From NCBI GenBank assembly GCA_013265495.1, contig MU058198.1, positions 4,166,419 through 4,230,418 of the forward strand: DNA of 64,000 nucleotides. The letters run 5' to 3'. Position numbers and translations under genes: made by a program. This document shows positions 27,557 through 39,054 of this stretch, one piece after another (position 1 is the stretch's first letter; every line of letters starts with the position of its first letter). The stretch is from Vicugna vicugna (taxonomy: Eukaryota). The notes under the pieces are model-generated. The model was not told where the DNA came from, ran no database searches, and saw only the letters and a list, made by a program, of their open reading frames with translations.

Positions 27557-28883
27557 GTGAGTTTTTATTTTGTGGAGTCTGGTTGATTGCATTACAGAAC
27601 ACTTCCCAGTACTGTGAGCCTTGTTTCAGTGTACTGTTATTCTAAGATTGGTTTAACAAAGTATTTGGATGTGCACACGGAGCTGCTTTTTTACTCTAAT
27701 CCAGGAGAAGTTTATTGGGAAGGTGTTTACAGTCAGGGAACAGAGCTCTGCCTTTGGCTGTCAGTATTGGTTGTGAATTCCACGTATGCCGTTCTCTATC
27801 GGGAATGCTAGAGAAGGCAGATGGAATTAAAGTGATGTCAAGTGGGGCTGCTGTGCACCTCAGTTCTTCTGAGTCAAGCCGTTGCATGTTGGTTTTATTA
27901 TCTAACTAAAATATCCCCCAAATGAAACAAGTATCTAAACACAATACTCACTAAAAACCAGGTACCATGTTTGGCCTTAGAAGGCATTTATTTAAACAGG
28001 GATGAAATCCAGGTCTGTTGAGTAGAGCATGTCTGTGTTTTTGCTTAAAACATTTGTTAGTACGTTTGTAGTACATTGCAGTTTCCTCCTACAGCGAGGA
28101 GCTGATTCCTGCCCTCTGCAGATGGGCTTGGCAGTGACGTTTTCCAGTAGGTGCCATGGGGTTGCGCTGTCTCGGCTCGTGCAGGTTTTACTGACTAGCC
28201 TCATTGTATGTAGAGACAGAAGTGTTTCCATGAACTAACCTTTTAGCACCTAATTTTTTCTGAGTATTGTTTAAGAATTTAGGTTTAATTCTTAGAAGAA
28301 AAAGGTATGTATCTTAAGGGGAAGGCTGTTTTGGTTGGTTCTTTTAAACAGGAGGTTGATGGCTTGCCTTGGCTTGGCTTTGGACAACCTAATACAAAAC
28401 TTTTTAAGACGCATCGGCTGTCCAGCATGTATAAAAGTAGGATACCTACCTATTATTAGTCTTATAGTAAATTGTTTTTCCAGAACAGTGATGTTGGAAG
28501 GTTGTACTTATGGTAAAAATTTTATACACATACTATTTCTCAGCTTGATCACCTGCTTTATTAATTCACTAGGTTTGGCTCAGAGTGACTTGACTTCCAG
28601 GAATTAAATTCATCTTCAAAGGAGGGTGACTTGCCATGGTTAAGGGTATTCAGAAGAATCTGCTGTACACCCAGAGGCAATTATGAAAGGGGTGAAAAAA
28701 CTCATATCGTTAAGTTAAATTATAGTAATGGGAAGTTATTTGTCTTTTTTATGGAAGACAGGTGCCACCCTTTGTGCCCATCACAGCATGTTTATTTAAT
28801 ACATAAAAGTGAAGGTCCTCCTCTTTTGTTCCCTTACTGCCCCTACCATATGCTGATGACTTCTTTCCCCACACTCTCTAAAG

Positions 28884-29060
28884 GCTGGGGTGAGCCCTGG
28901 GGGGAGACTTCTGCTCCAGCCACAACTGTGGATAATGGTACTTCGGCATGGGGTAAGCCCACAGACAGTGGTCCCAGCTGGGGGGAACCCATTGCTGCAG
29001 CGTCCAGCACATCCGCGTGGGGCTCCGGCTCTGTTGGTCCGCAAGCGTTAAGCAAATCTG
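28884..29060 (+). CDS. TNRC6A: TNRC6A exon 7 equivalent, 177 nt, GWGEPWGE...[10 protein letters not shown] (Ago hook)
   Basis: Acceptor ctctaaag|GCTGGG, donor TCTG|gtaagt. Confidence 0.96.
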
Positions 29061-29972
29061 GTAAGTTACTGATAATTCCTTGTTCCCCTTGTGTAGCGGT
29101 GATAACCTCATTGACTATAATTAAGTAATTGGATAATGTTTATGTCATTAATAATGTATCCATCTATTATGCTGGGTGATCTGACTATTTGGTTCTGTGT
29201 ATTTGTTAACATTGTTTGCTCTTTTATCTTTCTGAATTTTCCTCTTATTTTTCTTTGAAGTGTGTAACTCTTAATGATTTGTATATAATACAATAATAAT
29301 CACCCCATCTAAATTATATTCTACCAAATTGGATTATCTAGAGATAGCCAAGCAGTTTTCATGCTCTCCCACATGAGAGACTGAATGTAGTAGCCATGGG
29401 GACACATACCCAGACTGTCTAGTGCAGGTTCCAGACGACTCCTTGAATATTATACAGAAAATGAGCGAAGTTCAGGAAGGACCCCCAATATTCAGATGAA
29501 CATTGTTACTATCCCCATAGGAATTCCAAAGGCTGAGTGTAGAGATAAGATACTTTCTACTTATGACTTGCAAAAACTTTTTGGCCATTCTCCTTGAAGG
29601 TATATATTAGAATTAATTTTAAAAAATTCCATTAACCCTCCTCTTGACCCTGTGTGTCACGATGCAGCTTGTTAAGTGATAGAACAAGAATGCCATCATT
29701 GCCCCATGTTTAGGAACCCTCTGACTTGTAAAAGCATGAGAGGTGTTTTATTGACAGTTGTAATAAAATAAATTCTTGCTGAATATAACTGTAACTCAGT
29801 ATGTAACATAACATTCTTGCCTTGGAAATCTGGGAAGAGAAATAAATGAGAGATTTTTAGGTTCTGCCCCCCACCTCCCACCCCTTTACTCTGCCCCCTT
29901 AATTAATGTTCATTCTCTAGAAAGAATTGTTTGATTAAAGCTTGTTTCTCTTTATCGCAAATCCACAATCAG

Positions 29973-30148
29973 GGCCAAAATCTATGCAAGATGGTTGGTG
30001 TGGTGATGATATGCCACTGCCTGGAAATCGCCCCACTGGCTGGGAAGAGGAAGAGGATGTAGAAATTGGAATGTGGAATAGTAATTCATCTCAAGAGCTT
30101 AACTCATCTTTAAATTGGCCACCATATACAAAGAAAATGTCATCGAAG
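29973..30148 (+). CDS. TNRC6A: TNRC6A exon 8 equivalent, 176 nt, GPKSMQDGW...KKMSSK
   Basis: Acceptor aatcag|GGCCAA, donor GAAG|gtaaac. Confidence 0.95.
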
Positions 30149-31054
30149 GTAAACATTTCAAGGGCAAAGCCCTTGAAACTTTAAATTCCAAAGGTAGTTT
30201 ACCCATAGAAAATGAATGTCCTGCTGCCCCTTTATGGCAATCAGTACAGTCCAGGCCGTCCCCGACTCAGGTGTAGCCTCCTGTACAGGCAGCCACCTAG
30301 GAAAAGTGGAAGGCCACAGGAGCCCCCTTTCTCCCCATTGCTGCGGCTTGGGATTTCTCTCCTCCTCCGCCTCCACCAGTGCTGCCTGGGACAGCCCCTT
30401 CCCCCAGGGTGCTGCCTGCATGACGAGGACGAAGAGAAGGGCAAATCTCCATGTTGACTCTCCATCCCACTGCCAGTTCATCTCCCATTCCACCTCCTCA
30501 CCTGGAGTCCCCGACCTCCCCATTGCCCAGAGTCACCATCCTCCTTTTTCGTCCCCCATTTTTGTCCCTTCTCCACCCCAAAAGGTCCTATGACAAAAAT
30601 CCCTAGGAACAAGTCGATTTTGGTTTTGCTTTTCTATGTGGACAAATCTTATCCCAAACCTGGCTGTACATCAGAATTGTATGACATTTGTTAAAAGTAT
30701 AGCTTCTTGTACCCTAAGCATACTGTGGTTTTGGAAACTAGACCAAGTGTTTTGTCCTAAACAAGCTCTCCAAATGTTTCTGATGCACAGCCAGGTTTGA
30801 GAACACTGGTGTCAGATTTTCCTGGGGACCATTTTCAAAGTATGTGCCTGGTCCCCCAGGGGATTGTTAATACATCCTCCTTACCACATTTGAGAACAGT
30901 TGCTGTTTGAGGGACCTTGTAAGTTAAATATCCAGTAGCTCAGCTAGCTCACTGCCAAGTTCCCTCCCTTTTAATCCTGGGATTCTAAGTCTAGGACCTG
31001 CTGTTTTTATTTTTAAAATTTTTTCTCTTGGCTGAATTTGCCTATTGCCTCACC

Positions 31055-31258
31055 ATATAGCTTATGAAGTGCTTTCCCATATTTTACATAAATCATTTGA
31101 CCCTCATAACCTTCTGAGATAGAGAACTGATGAGGGATTTGAGCCTGCAGAAAGTGGTGACTTGCCCAAAGTTGCATAACTAGTAAGTGACAGAGCAAGG
31201 ACTTAAGTTTAGGTCTTCCAATTCCAAACCCTGTGTTCTTCCCACTGGACCATGCTGT
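31055..31258 (-). mobile_element. MIR SINE immediately upstream of the 33-nt microexon
   Basis: gtgacttgcccaaagttgcataactagtaagtgacagagc is the antisense MIR core. Confidence 0.75.
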
Positions 31259-31283
31259 TTTGTGACTTTGTCTTTCCTTACAG

Positions 31284-31316
31284 GGTCTGAGTGGCAAAAA
31301 AAGGAGAAGGGAAAGG
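31284..31316 (+). CDS. TNRC6A: TNRC6A 33-nt microexon (exon 9 equivalent), GLSGKKRRRER, basic NLS-like motif
   Basis: Acceptor tctttccttacag|GGTCTG, donor AAGG|gtgtgt; peptide matches the recalled human sequence; phase 0-0. Confidence 0.9.
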
Positions 31317-31383
31317 GTGTGTAGCCTTTTTACTCTTTCTCCTTTGTTTCTACTAGTAAAAAATCTTTTAGAAAGCCAACCGC

Positions 31384-32070
31384 AAATATTTACTTAGCCT
31401 CTGCTGTGTGCCAGGTACTGTGCTTGGTGCTGGGGGTTCAGAAACACTAGGATGTGAGCATAGCTTCAAGGAGCTCGGAGTCTAGCATGGGGTGCTGGAG
31501 TGCTCTAAGGAGGGACAGCTGGAGTTTGAAAGGTGACTGGGGGTGGGATGTGTTAAGGAAAGTGGTAGCCTGACATAACTAGAAATGCAGGATTTATGGG
31601 AAGAGGCGATGAGATCTGGCTCTGTAGTTAGATTAATAGCAGATAATGTTTTCAGTGCCATGCCAGAGAATCTGAACTTTATTTTGTATGAAATATGGAG
31701 CCAATCAGACTGAATAGAAAGCAGGGTCAGTTTGGTTGGGTTTTTTTTTTTTTTTTCTTTAAAGAAAGCTAACCAATTATAATATGAAAGATAACGTACA
31801 GCAGAGGAGAGACCTGAGTTAGGGATCTAAGTTAGGAAACTTCTGCATTCATTTGGCTTAGAAAGGACAGCCTGAACTGAGAAGCAAGAATGGATATGTA
31901 GTAGAAGGGACTGATTTTGAGAGACATTAGGAATAGAAGAGACAGAAGGCCTTGGCCACCAGTCAGGTGTGGGGTGGGGGTGGAAGAGGAAAACGAGTCA
32001 AAGATGACTGGAGAAACCTCGGAAAGGGTTAGACGCTTGCTTCAGAGACCTGCATTTAGGGGGAAATTAT
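31384..32070 (-). mobile_element. LINE-2 remnant
   Basis: aaatatttacttagcctctgctgtgtgccaggtactgtgct is an antisense L2 3' end, followed by purine-rich L2-like body. The right boundary is approximate. Confidence 0.6.
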
Positions 32071-32881
32071 GAAGCTGTGTTCTTTTCGACAGTCAGAAGG
32101 AACAGGTAGTAGCAACGGGAAAGGGAAATTAAGGCAACGAACTGAGAACAGTCCTACGATTCTCACGTTAATGGAGGCCTTGGTCTCTATGGCTTCCAGT
32201 CTCCTTGTCTTCCAGACTCCTAATCATGGACCATTTAGTCTCAACTCATGTCTCCTAAGTAGTTTCTGTACCTCCTGTACCCCAACCAGCCACAGAAAGC
32301 CAACACCAGGAGGAATCCCAGCTTTAGCTGCTGCTGGGAATATTGTGTTCTTGGCAACATAAATTGGAATTTTTAAATCTTCTTTCATATGGAAACATAC
32401 AATTTTTTTTCAGTCCAGTGCAAATAGCATAATTAAATTATGGGTCAAATTGGTTTCTTGGGATTAATCTGAGAGCCTAATGACTATTTTTACTTTGGTT
32501 TAGTATGAGAATTCTCCAAATCCAAATTATTATTTAATCTTTTAGAACACAGTTCATATGTAGATTGGAAACTGTCTGATGAGCAAGTTCTCCATTATTC
32601 AGTGGACGTCATCAAGGCCCCATGCTTCTGTCTTTTCCTTCTGACTGCTTGCCTTTAGAGATTTTTCTGTATGTTACAGCTATACCAGAGGACTGGAGCA
32701 AAGGAAGTTGAAAATCAAATAAGTTGATTGTTAATTATTAACAACTCTGAAGAGTTGGTTGGAGTTTAAATTATTGGCTAAAAATGAGAGTTGGGAATTG
32801 TCTTGAAATTTATTAATCCATCAGTATACTCAGATAAATAGAGATGGCCATGGCATCTTTCTACTCTTTTATTTTACAAAG

Positions 32882-32962
32882 GGAATGATGAAAGGTGGAA
32901 ACAAACAAGAAGAAGCATGGATAAATCCATTTGTTAAACAGTTTTCAAATATCAGTTTTTCG
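32882..32962 (+). CDS. TNRC6A: TNRC6A exon 10 equivalent, 81 nt, [27 protein letters not shown]
   Basis: Acceptor ttttacaaag|GGAATG, donor TTCG|gtaagt. Confidence 0.94.
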
Positions 32963-33298
32963 GTAAGTGTGTTTTCCTAACACCTCCTCGTGTTTTAATG
33001 TGGTCCATAAACTTACCCTAATTTCCTTTTTTTTGTTTTCTTAACAAATTACTCTTCAAGTCCTTGTGAATTGCTGATTTTAGAATAAAGTCAACCATGA
33101 AGTCTTCTTTACTTTTATAGTTTTAGCTAAAAACATCACATCTTATTTTTTTTAATTTACTATATTAGGCAGTGAAAAATGAGGTTTTATGATCCACTTG
33201 AATTTCATAAATAAGGAAATAAAGAAAAATTCTTTGCTTTTAACTTATTTTCATTGATAAACTAAGGACTGCTAACATGCTCCTTTTTCTTTCTTCAG

Positions 33299-33350
33299 AG
33301 AGATTCACCAGAAGAAAATGTACAGAGCAATAAGATGGACCTTTCTGGAG
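33299..33350 (+). CDS. TNRC6A: TNRC6A exon 11 equivalent, 52 nt, RDSPEENVQSNKMDLSG
   Basis: Acceptor tttcttcag|AGAGAT, donor GGAG|gtaaga. Confidence 0.94.
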
Positions 33351-34226
33351 GTAAGAAAAAATTAAACCAGCTTGAGTTTGTCTTCATCATTGATGGAGAA
33401 ACGTATCTGTGACATGATCCTACTAAGAGAGCACTGACCTACAGCAGGAGAGGGAGGCTGGGCTTCTGTTGCAGTGCTCCTGTTCTCTCCAGCAGGCGTT
33501 AGAATGTGGGGATTGTATGAGCGAGCGTGCCTTTTGAAGTGTAAAGCACTGGACACATCTAAGGCAGGGATGAAGTTAACCTGTGGTTACCTTAAGTCTT
33601 GTCCTGTCAGGAGTGAATTACCCAGGTGGGGTGACAGAGTCTTCTTAATTTAGGAAACAGTGTGTACAAGGCCCATACACGATAGAGAGATCTTAAGCCA
33701 TGTTGGGGAAATGGCGGGTAGTTCTGTGAAATGGAAGAGGAAATGAAAACTGGATGTGGTGGTAGGAGTGTGGTGATGGTAAAAGCTTTACCTAGGTGAA
33801 GATGCTAGAAAACTAGCTAGGGTTCATGAGGAACTTGGGGGTTTGAACTTTATTCTGAAAGTATGAAATTAAAGAATTTTAGACAGGAGAATGGAATGAT
33901 TTGGACTTATGTTTTAGAAAAAATAATCATGAATAATCACTGAAAATATCTTGAGATAGAAAACATTAGCAGCAGAGGATGACTAAAAGATAGCAAACAT
34001 AGCGAAGCCAGTTAGAGATTTGTTGCAGTAGCCAGTGAGAATTTTCAAAGCTCTAAACTAAGACAGTAGATGGGGAGAATCTTAATTCAGTGGAAATACA
34101 GGCATTAGAATCAATGAAAGTCAATAACCAGTTTGAACTGATTTGTTACGGGGGATGAGGGTGAGGGTGTGATCAGAGATGATTCCAGCTTTCTTGCCTA
34201 GACAGTTCAGTAGGCGGCAGTGCTGC

Positions 34227-35815
34227 TGTGTTAGTCTGCGTCCATGCAGAAGGGAGCATCTCTACAGCAACTTGAGCAGGGAATGTTCAATATAAAGAGT
34301 TACTATTAGCGTAACGAGGGGTTTACTAGGGAAGAGGTAATAAGAACTCTCAAGGATATATAAATATATGAAAGCAGATATAAGAAGCTACCTAAAGACT
34401 AAATTATAAAGTTAGCTTTCAACAGTTTGTGAATAAAATGAAAATAGGAAAGAGAAGGAAGGTAACGGTTGGCCAGACAGATAATCACATTCATGTAACA
34501 AGATAAATCACATACAGAACTGCTGCCATCCTTATTGCTGTCATTGGTCACGTGCTGTCACTGGCACCTCTGTCTGCCTTCCTTCCCTCCCCGTTCCGTA
34601 CTTCTACTGTCGGCCAGCACCTCAGCTGCTCTGGGTTCTTTTGCTGGCGGAGTGACCGAAACCTGCATTCCTGAAGGCTCTGAGCCCTCGGCCATCTTGC
34701 CCTTCTTGGCTGCGGTAGTTTTTCATTAACCTTTGCCACTGGGCACGGAGTTACTAAGACGCATCCACCTACCCCTCGGGTTGCAGGGTCTTCACTGCCT
34801 TCATTTTGTGTCAAGAAACCGGTTTCCCCTTGGTAATCAGAGTCAGTCCCTGCAGCCAGCAGGCCAGCCCCCCTTTTGCCTGCTTGTCCAGGGGAGTGAG
34901 GAGTGCAGAATGCCCTGGGGCAGTTTTCTTCCAGTTCAGGGGAACCATCGTGTCTTGTGGTGGGCGCATTTTTCTCTCTTGAGGGCTAAGATCTCTAAAC
35001 CTACAGACCTGCTGGAATAGGAAGTAAGAATTCTCTAAGCAGCTCATTTATTGGGTGTAATAGTGGGAGAAGCCAGTCCTACTTTCACATTTTGATTCCT
35101 AATGCATCCTGTAAGAAGCCCATTGTTTTAGGATGTTGTCTTCCAGCTACGTTGTAACTGAGTCTTCAGTAAGCAGTGGTACCTGTCAGTTTAGCTAGCT
35201 ACTTTGGGGTAGTGGCTGTGTGTGGTAAGACCAATTACTATACTTCTTTTGCTGTGAAGTGAGTTCCTTGATCAGACACAGTGCTGTGAGGAGTGCCATG
35301 AATAAGGCCTTCTCTGAGACCGTGGATGGCAGAAGCTTTACAGGCAGGAAAGAACATCATGTCCAAATATGTGTCTATTCCTGTGAGGTCAAAGCTCTGC
35401 CACCTCCTCCATGGCTCACTGAAGGGCAGAGAAGTCCCTGTGATGCTGTGCTGTTGGAACTGGCTAGAAATCTATCCTTCTGGGGTGCTTAGAAAAGCTG
35501 TTCATGGAGAGATGTCTCACCAGCGACACTGCTACAAAGCTGCTTGTGGGTGTGTGAGAATGCTGGGAGAAGCTGGCCTGAGTGAGGCCTACACCTGCGC
35601 TGCAGGAGTAGGGCTCAGGAGATGCTGGGAACATTGCCAAAGCCACCAGCAGCTCTTTTGCCCAGGAAGCAGGGCTTCCGCCTTCAGTGTCTTACCAGTG
35701 CCCTCTTGACAAAGCCTCAGTGCCAACTGGCAAAGGGAAAAGTTTGAAGAGTCTAGATACATTTTCACAGAGCAGTCAGAAAGGGTGAATTTGGAGCTGA
35801 GAGACAGTAAATCAG
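34227..35815. mobile_element. Old ERVL/MaLR-type LTR remnant with internal sequence
   Basis: tgtgttagtc start and MLT1-like end (ttttcacagagcagtcagaaagggtgaatttggagctgagag). Family and boundaries are approximate. Confidence 0.5.
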
Positions 35816-35898
35816 TAACTGACTATTAGCTGAGATAAGAAATATAGTAGGAGTAACAGATTTGATAGATAAGATACTGAGTTTAAAGTTGCTATGAA

Positions 35899-35968
35899 GG
35901 TGGAGGGTATAGCTCAATAGTAGAGAGCGTGCTTAGCATGCATGAGGTCCTGGGTTCAATCCCCAGGA
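35899..35968 (+). mobile_element. tRNA-Ala-derived SINE (Vic-1-like); tail replaced by a microsatellite
   Basis: ggagggtatagctcaatagtagagagcgtgcttagcatgcatgaggtcctgggttcaatcccca. Confidence 0.85.
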
Positions 35969-35970
<2 letters not shown>

Positions 35971-36018
<48 letters not shown>

Positions 36019-36080
36019 CTCCCTCTCTCTCTCTCCCTCCCTCTCCCCCTCCCCCTACCCCTACCCCTCTCTCCTTCTCT
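35971..36080. repeat. (CA)22 followed by a CT/C-rich compound repeat
   Basis: Visible in the sequence. Confidence 0.95.
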
Positions 36081-36870
36081 ACTTTGGGAGGAGGGATTGT
36101 TGCTACCTTGGTAATGAATAAATCTAAGGGAAACAGGTTTTAGAAAGATAGTTGAAAGACCTTGAACATACTGAGTATGTCCCAACATTAAAGAAACACA
36201 AAGAAGTGGGCTCAGCTGTGGAGAGAGGAGAAACCAGAAGAGGCATATGTTAAGGATGTGAAGGCAGAGAGCGGTGTCCACTTTTAAACCATTTAAGTAG
36301 GGTGGTAGCTTGGAAGGTGGCTGTTTTGAGCAGAGTTTTGCAGGACAGGGAGTTTCCATGAGAGAAGGTCGTATTTATTGCAGAGAAGTCAAAATGCGGA
36401 GAGCAGAGCAAGCCCTGAGAGAGAGGGAGACATTTCCTGGTCTGCTAAATGGGGGTGATAATAGTAGTTCCCACGATTAAATTAGAACACGCGTTCAGAA
36501 CAGTACCTGGCACATGGCAAGCATCTACTCAGTGGAGGTTTCTCGTGATACTGTTTTTGTCATTTGTTACTGGAAGCTATGTTTTTATTATAAAATTGAG
36601 CAGATTAGAGAGAGAACCAAAGATGGCTTAACCTCCTCTTTACTAGTCTTTTTTTAAGTTAACTGGCTTAGTAAAATAGCAGTATCTGCTAAACCCTGTT
36701 TTTTACTTGTAAAGAATGCACGAGCTCTTAAATGCTAGTGCGTCTTCCACATGTCCCTGTCAAGGCAGAAGTCATTTCAGCTTGGAAGTATTTTGCTTTC
36801 TACCGTGAATTTATCTGAAACTCACCAGGGTGTCTTCCTACTTAATAACCTAGTCTCCTACATTTATTAG

Positions 36871-37013
36871 GAATGTTACAAGACAAACGAATGGAGATAG
36901 ATAAACATAGCCTGAATATTGGTGATTACAATCGAACGGTCGGGAAAGGCCCTGGTTCTCGGCCTCAGATTTCCAAAGAGTCTTCCATGGAGCGCAGTCC
37001 TTACTTTGATAAG
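36871..37013 (+). CDS. TNRC6A: TNRC6A exon 12 equivalent, 143 nt, [12 protein letters not shown]...SPYFDK
   Basis: Acceptor tttattag|GAATGT, donor TAAG|gtaagt. Confidence 0.95.
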
Positions 37014-37390
37014 GTAAGTTGTTTGTTTGTTTTACCTCTGTGGCTAAGAAAGCAGTACACATACTAGCATAATTGTCTCATTAATATTTAATATGTAGAG
37101 AGTGTTACTATCCAGTGCCAAATCCTGTTACTGGGTTTATAGTTCATTGTCCTTTGTTATGTCTCAATTTAGCATAGGGATTGCATTTATATTTTCCTCT
37201 TAATCCCATAAAATATATTTGGTTCTTTTTATGTACTCTAGAATTAACACTAATCTGATCTCTTCTGTTTTCTACCTGTTTCCTGTTGATGCTGGAATGT
37301 CATGTGACTTCTCTTCTGTTCCTGCAATGATTTCTCCCTTCCACTTGTTTGCTTGGCTGGTGTTGCACATCTTTCTGTCTGTCCAATCAG

Positions 37391-37537
37391 GATGGCATTG
37401 TAGCAGATGAATCCCAAAACATGCAGTTTATGTCCAGTCAAAGCATGAAGCTTCCCCCTTCAAATAGTGCACTACCTAACCAGGCCCTTGGCTCCATAGC
37501 AGGGCTGGGTATGCAAAACTTGAATTCTGTTAGACAG
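37391..37537 (+). CDS. TNRC6A: TNRC6A exon 13 equivalent, 147 nt, DGIVADESQ...LNSVRQ
   Basis: Acceptor ccaatcag|GATGGC, donor ACAG|gtaagt; phase 0-0. Confidence 0.94.
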
Positions 37538-37704
37538 GTAAGTCCACATGTGTATTTTAGGCTCTCTGTTGAATGATTTGTATAAGTAATAAGAACTCTC
37601 TTACATATAGTTACTGTATTTAAATCAGTATTACAGTGTGGTGATGCGATGTTTGTCCCTAAAGAATCCTAGTGTTATTCGGCGGTTGTTGTTTGTTTTC
37701 TTAG

Positions 37705-37842
37705 AATGGCAATCCCAGTATGTTTGGTGTTGGAAACACAGCAGCACAACCCCGGGGCATGCAGCAGCCTCCAGCACAACCTCTCAGTTCATCTCAGCCT
37801 AATCTCCGTGCTCAAGTGCCTCCTCCATTACTCTCCCCTCAG
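37705..37842 (+). CDS. TNRC6A: TNRC6A exon 14 equivalent, 138 nt, NGNPSMFG...PPPLLSPQ
   Basis: Acceptor ttttcttag|AATGGC, donor TCAG|gtaagt. Confidence 0.95.
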
Positions 37843-38330
37843 GTAAGTGATCTGCCATGCCAATCTCCTTGTCTTCTATTTAGCTAGAAAAGAACCTTGA
37901 ATAAATTTACATTTGGATGAGATGACGAGTTGATCATCATAGTATTTATTGGCAGCTTTGAGATGCAACTGATTCTGAATTTACTATTAATTACAAAAGG
38001 GTATGGGTAGGGTGAAGAAAAAAAGTAAAAGAGAATTTAAATCTAAGATTGACTGTTTTGCTTCATGAAACACCTTGAAGGGAGGAAGACAATAGCAAAG
38101 TAAGTTGACTAGTTTAAGATTCATCTCTGCTGTCTTTTACTTAACCCATGAAAATATATGTGAACTGTAAATTAGTAAAGCCAAGAAAGATGATTAGAAG
38201 GAACACGACCCCTCCACCCCCATAATAGTCCACAGATTTAATTACTCTATTGATAATTTAAAAAGCACAGTGCATTTTGTTAGTTTGAATTATTTTATCA
38301 ACATTATTAACTTACCATTGTGATCCTAAG

Positions 38331-38459
38331 GTTCCAGTTTCATTGCTGAAGTATGCACCAAACAACGGTGGCCTGAATCCGCTCTTTGGCCCTCAACAGG
38401 TAGCCATGCTGAACCAGCTATCCCAACTAAACCAGCTTTCTCAGATCTCCCAGTTACAG
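38331..38459 (+). CDS. TNRC6A: TNRC6A exon 15 equivalent, 129 nt, VPVSLLKYA...QISQLQ
   Basis: Acceptor atcctaag|GTTCCA, donor ACAG|gtaaga. Confidence 0.95.
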
Positions 38460-38872
38460 GTAAGAGGAATGATAGCCTTATTTAATGTGTTTGTTGCCTG
38501 TCTGCTGTGTGCTTAACACTAGACTCCGTGCAGGTGGTACTGCAGTAAACGCAGTGGGCGTAGCCGTGGCCCTAGGGGAGCTTGCCGTCTGCGGGCGGGG
38601 TGCTGTGTGAGCAAGCACAGCCGTGTCCGGGGTGGCGATGGGGGCAGGATGATCAGAAAAGGTTTCTCTCTGATCAAGTCTAAGTTTAGATTAAGCAGAA
38701 GACTGAATTCAGAAATGACTAGAGGCCAGAGAGTCCAAACAGGAGATTATATTAGACGAGGCAGCCCTTGTTGATGTTGACTGGATGAAGCCATGCCTGT
38801 GTAGGCCCTTCTGCCACAGTCACTCTGAAGCATGACGTGATACTGACAGCCTTTTTGCAATCTTCTCTCCAG

Positions 38873-38950
38873 CGATTGTTAGCGCAGCAGCAAAGGGCGC
38901 AGAGTCAGAGAAGCGTGCCTTCTGGGAACCGGCAGCAGCAAGACCAGCAG
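38873..38950 (+). CDS. TNRC6A: TNRC6A exon 16 equivalent, 78 nt, [10 protein letters not shown]...QQDQQ
   Basis: Acceptor ttctctccag|CGATTG, donor GCAG|gtagat. Confidence 0.94.
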
Positions 38951-39054
38951 GTAGATCTGACCCTTCCCCTTGCTACGCTGAAACTCAACTTGTATCGATT
39001 CCGTTGTAACAAGAGATTCAAAATGGCTTTATTAAAGCAGAATGAAAATTGCTG

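Noticed and set aside
25002..27592. Many antisense and alternative-frame ORFs over the giant exon
   Set aside because: Expected shadow ORFs of a long Ser/Gly/Asn-rich coding exon; no independent signals.
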